Positions 61,008 through 64,000 of a stretch of 64,000 nucleotides of DNA are shown piece by piece (position 1 is the stretch's first letter; each line of letters begins with the position of its first letter). The stretch lies in the NCBI RefSeq assembly GCF_044704955.1, contig NW_027251778.1, positions 124,001 through 188,000 of the forward strand. Reading direction: 5' to 3'. The notes under the pieces were generated by a model. The model saw nothing but the letters and a program-made list of their open reading frames with translations. It was not told the origin of the DNA and ran no database searches. The position numbers and the translations under genes were made by a program. Source of the DNA: Pristiophorus japonicus (lineage: Eukaryota).

Positions 61008-61781
61008 ATGTGTCATTTACTGGGACTGATGATCTTGTTTCAGCGTAAGGGACTTTTTCAAAATATGAGTATTCNNNNNNNNNNNNNNNNNNNNNNNNNN
61101 NNNNNNNNNNNNNNNNNNNNNNNNNNNNNNNNNNNNNNNNNNNNNNNNNNNNNNNNNNNNNNNNNNNNNNNNNNNNNNNNNNNNNNNNNNNNNNNNNNNN
61201 NNNNNNNNNNNNNNNNNNNNNNNNNNNNNNNNNNNNNNNNNNNNNNNNNNNNNNNNNNNNNNNNNNNNNNNNNNNNNNNNNNNNNNNNNNNNNNNNNNNN
61301 NNNNNNNNNNNNNNNNNNNNNNNNNNNNNNNNNNNNNNNNNNNNNNNNNNNNNNNNNNNNNNNNNNNNNNNNNNNNNNNNNNNNNNNNNNNNNNNNNNNN
61401 NNNNNNNNNNNNNNNNNNNNNNNNNNNNNNNNNNNNNNNNNNNNNNNNNNNNNNNNNNNNNNNNNNNNNNNNNNTGTCCTTGTTTACTGACCGCCTCCTC
61501 TCCCTGTCTCTTTCCCAGATGAGAACTCACAGACTATATGCCAGACTTCAGCCGCTGTCTCCAGATTTCCTGGGGAGGGAATGGAATTGAAATGCACTGT
61601 TGAGGGAACAAGCAACCCCGACATGTACTGGTACAGACAGGACCCCGGGAAGGAGCCGCTGTCAATGTTCATCTCCACAACTGTACAAAGTGTAAATCCA
61701 TTTTACTGGCGAGAGACCGAAAGGCAACGATTTTAACCTGTACTGTTCCGGCCTGTGGGCGGATCAGACGTCCGTGTATTA
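61008..61781 (+). pseudogene. TRBV: TCR beta V pseudogene V16, family A, truncated, no RSS; leader 61008-61044, V exon from 61519
   Basis: Leader MCHLLGLMILFQ|GTAAGG. A frameshifting deletion follows ...VQSVNP (~61700). Homology stops at gtgtatta before the second Cys, and a CR1 element follows. Confidence 0.88.
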
Positions 61782-61789
61782 GAAGATAA

Positions 61790-63110
61790 AAACATAAGAA
61801 CATAAGAATTAGGAACAGGAGTAGGCCATCTAGCCCCTCGAGCCTGCTCCGCCATTCAACAAGATCATGGCTGATCTGGCCGTGGACTCAGCTCCACTTA
61901 CCCACCCGCTCCCCGTAACCCTTAATTCCCTTATTGGTTAAAAATCTATCTATCTGTGATTTGAATACATTCAATGAGCTCGGCCTCAACTGCTTCCCAG
62001 GGCAGAGAATTCCACAGATTCACAACCCTCTGGGAGAAGAAATTCCTTCTCAACTCGGTTTTAAATTGGCTCCCCCGTATTTTGAAGCTGTGCCCCCTAG
62101 TTCTAGTCTCCCCGACCAGTGGAAACAACCTCTCTGCCTCTATCTTGTATAGCCCTATGATTATTTTAAATGTTTCTATCAGATCACCCCTCATCCTTTT
62201 GAACTCCAACGAGTAAAGACCCAGTCTACTCAATCTATCATCATAAGGTAACCCCCCTTATCTCTGGAATCAGCCTAGTGAATCGTCTCTGTACCCCCTC
62301 CAAAGCTAGTATATCCTTCCTTAAGAAAGGTGAACAAAACTGCACGCAGTATTCCAGGTGCGGCCTCACCAATACCCTGTACAGTTGCAGCAGGACCTCC
62401 CTGCCTTTGTACTCCATCCCTCTCGCAATGAAGGCCACCATTCCATTCGCCTTCCTGATTACCTGCTGCACCTGCAAACTAACTTTTTGGGAAGCGGTCG
62501 AGGGGGTCGTTCAGCCAGACTGCCTGCCCCTTTTCTGCGCATACATCCGCTCCATGGTGTCCTTGGAGATGGAGCACGCGGTGTCCACCGGTACGCTCGT
62601 GGCCTTCCGCGAGAGGTGGGCACCGGAGGGACTGGAGTGCATCATCACGCCCGGCAACCAAATTTTAATATGATTTTATGTTTTTAAGTTAATTTGTTTT
62701 AATTGCCGGTGCTTTTAGTGTTCCCCTCCCCTTTTATAGGGGGCACTTAGAGAAAAAATATGTTTTTATGGCTAAAAACCCTCCCCCCCAGAAAATACCA
62801 CAAAAAAATAAAAGGGCCTGTAAATGTTTGGTGTTTCCCTCAGATCGGGGGGGCACAGTTTAATGTTTTTTGTTTACTCCCAAAAAGAGTTTCATGCACA
62901 AAAAAAAACTAAAAAGCGTTTCATGCACAAGGACTCCCAGGTCCCTCTGCACCGCAGCATGTTGTAATTTCTCCCCATTCAAATAATATTCCCTTTTACT
63001 ACTTTTTTCCCAAGTGGATGACCTCACACTTTCGGACATTGTATTCCATCTGCCAAACCTTAGCCCATTTGCATAACCTATCTAAATCTCTTTGTAGCCT
63101 TTCTGTGTCC
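61790..63110 (-). mobile_element. CR1 LINE 3' fragment containing a nested insertion
   Basis: Tail aacataagaacataag; RLGLYSLEF..RRNFFSQRVVNLWNS; KANGM..LVRPHLEYC. Confidence 0.9.
62491..62889 (+). mobile_element. Probable Tx1/L1-clade LINE 3' fragment nested in CR1
   Basis: LPLFCAYIRSMVSLEMEHAVSTGTLVAFRERWAP resembles Tx1 ORF2 C-termini and is followed by an AT-rich UTR. CR1 colinearity resumes at gtttcatgcacaa. Confidence 0.6.
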
Positions 63111-63369
63111 TCCTCCTGCAGGGAGAATGAAAGACAGAAGGAAAGAATGAAAAAATATCAGCAGGAAAAAGAGTAGGATGTAAAGATAGAGAAAATAAAG
63201 AAAGATAGCAAGGCAGAACGATAGTAAATACGAACAAATTTTTAGAAATTTGGAATGCAAGTAAATACTTTCTAAACAGTGACAGTGTGTTTTCTGTTCC
63301 CACAGGGACAGTAGAGGGCGCTCTAGACCATGAAACACACCAGTGCCCAGAACATGGTTCACAATCGGA

Positions 63370-64000
63370 ACACAGGAATAGGAGGAAGCCCATTCAGCCA
63401 CTCGACCCTGTTACACAGGATAAGGAGGAGGCCCATTCAGGCCCTCGAACCTGTGAGACAGGAAAAGAAGGAGGTCATTCATGCAACTGATCCTGCTGCA
63501 CAGGAATATGAGGAGGACCAGCCAGCCCTTCAAGCGTGTTACACAGCAACAGGAGGAGGCCCATTCAGCGCTTCGAGCCAGTTACGCAGCAACACGAGGC
63601 CCATTCAGCCCCTCTAATCTATTACGCACGAATTGTGGAGGGTATTCAGCCCCTCGAGCCTATTATACAGGAACAGGAGGAGGCCCATTCAGCCCATCGA
63701 GACTGTTACAGATTAACAGGATGCACATTCAGACCCTCGGGCCTGTTACACAGAAACAGGAGGAGGCCCATTCAGCCCCTCAGGCCTATTACACAGGACG
63801 GAACGGGAGTAGGCCCATTCAGCCCCTCGAGCCTGTTACACAGGAACTGGTGGCCAACTCACTCCTGGAGCCAGTTACCGAGGATCAGGAATGCCATTCC
63901 ACCCGTCGAGCCTGTTACAATGGAACAAGAAGCCCATTCAGCCGCTCGAACTTTTTACACAGGAATCGGAGGCCTATCAGACAATTGCGCCGTTTACACA
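63370..64000. repeat. 43-bp minisatellite array running off the window
   Basis: Same unit, degenerate. Confidence 0.88.

Overview
This is vertebrate genomic DNA, almost certainly from a cartilaginous fish (inferred from the CR1-clade LINE 3' tails and the V families). It holds part of a T-cell receptor beta (TRB) variable-gene array. I find 16 V segments, all on the + strand, each with a leader exon and a phase-1 intron; 15 end in a 23-bp-spacer RSS. They fall into five groups, labelled locally. Family A is TRBV30-like (SQTIxQ...CAWS; 6 copies, 2 pseudogenes). Family B is DVGAVLIQQTP...WYRW...CAWS (6 copies, 1 defective). Family C has 1 copy, family D is TRBV20/29-like (2 copies), and family E is a frameshifted pseudogene not visible in the ORF track. 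No D, J or C segment is present. The rest is CR1/RTE/L2/Tx1 LINE fragments, CT/GA microsatellite tracts, minisatellites and 11 N gaps; almost all long ORFs in the track are low-complexity artefacts. Main observations: (1) the divergent families A and B share a near-identical FR3-end/RSS/3' block, and the duplication unit appears to break there; (2) 12 co-oriented CTCF-consensus-like motifs, mostly 0.4-0.6 kb behind V RSSs; (3) a 43-bp minisatellite derived from the CR1 3' tip; (4) redundant tandem start codons in family B leaders; (5) promoters made of variable numbers of CAATCAG/GC-box modules.
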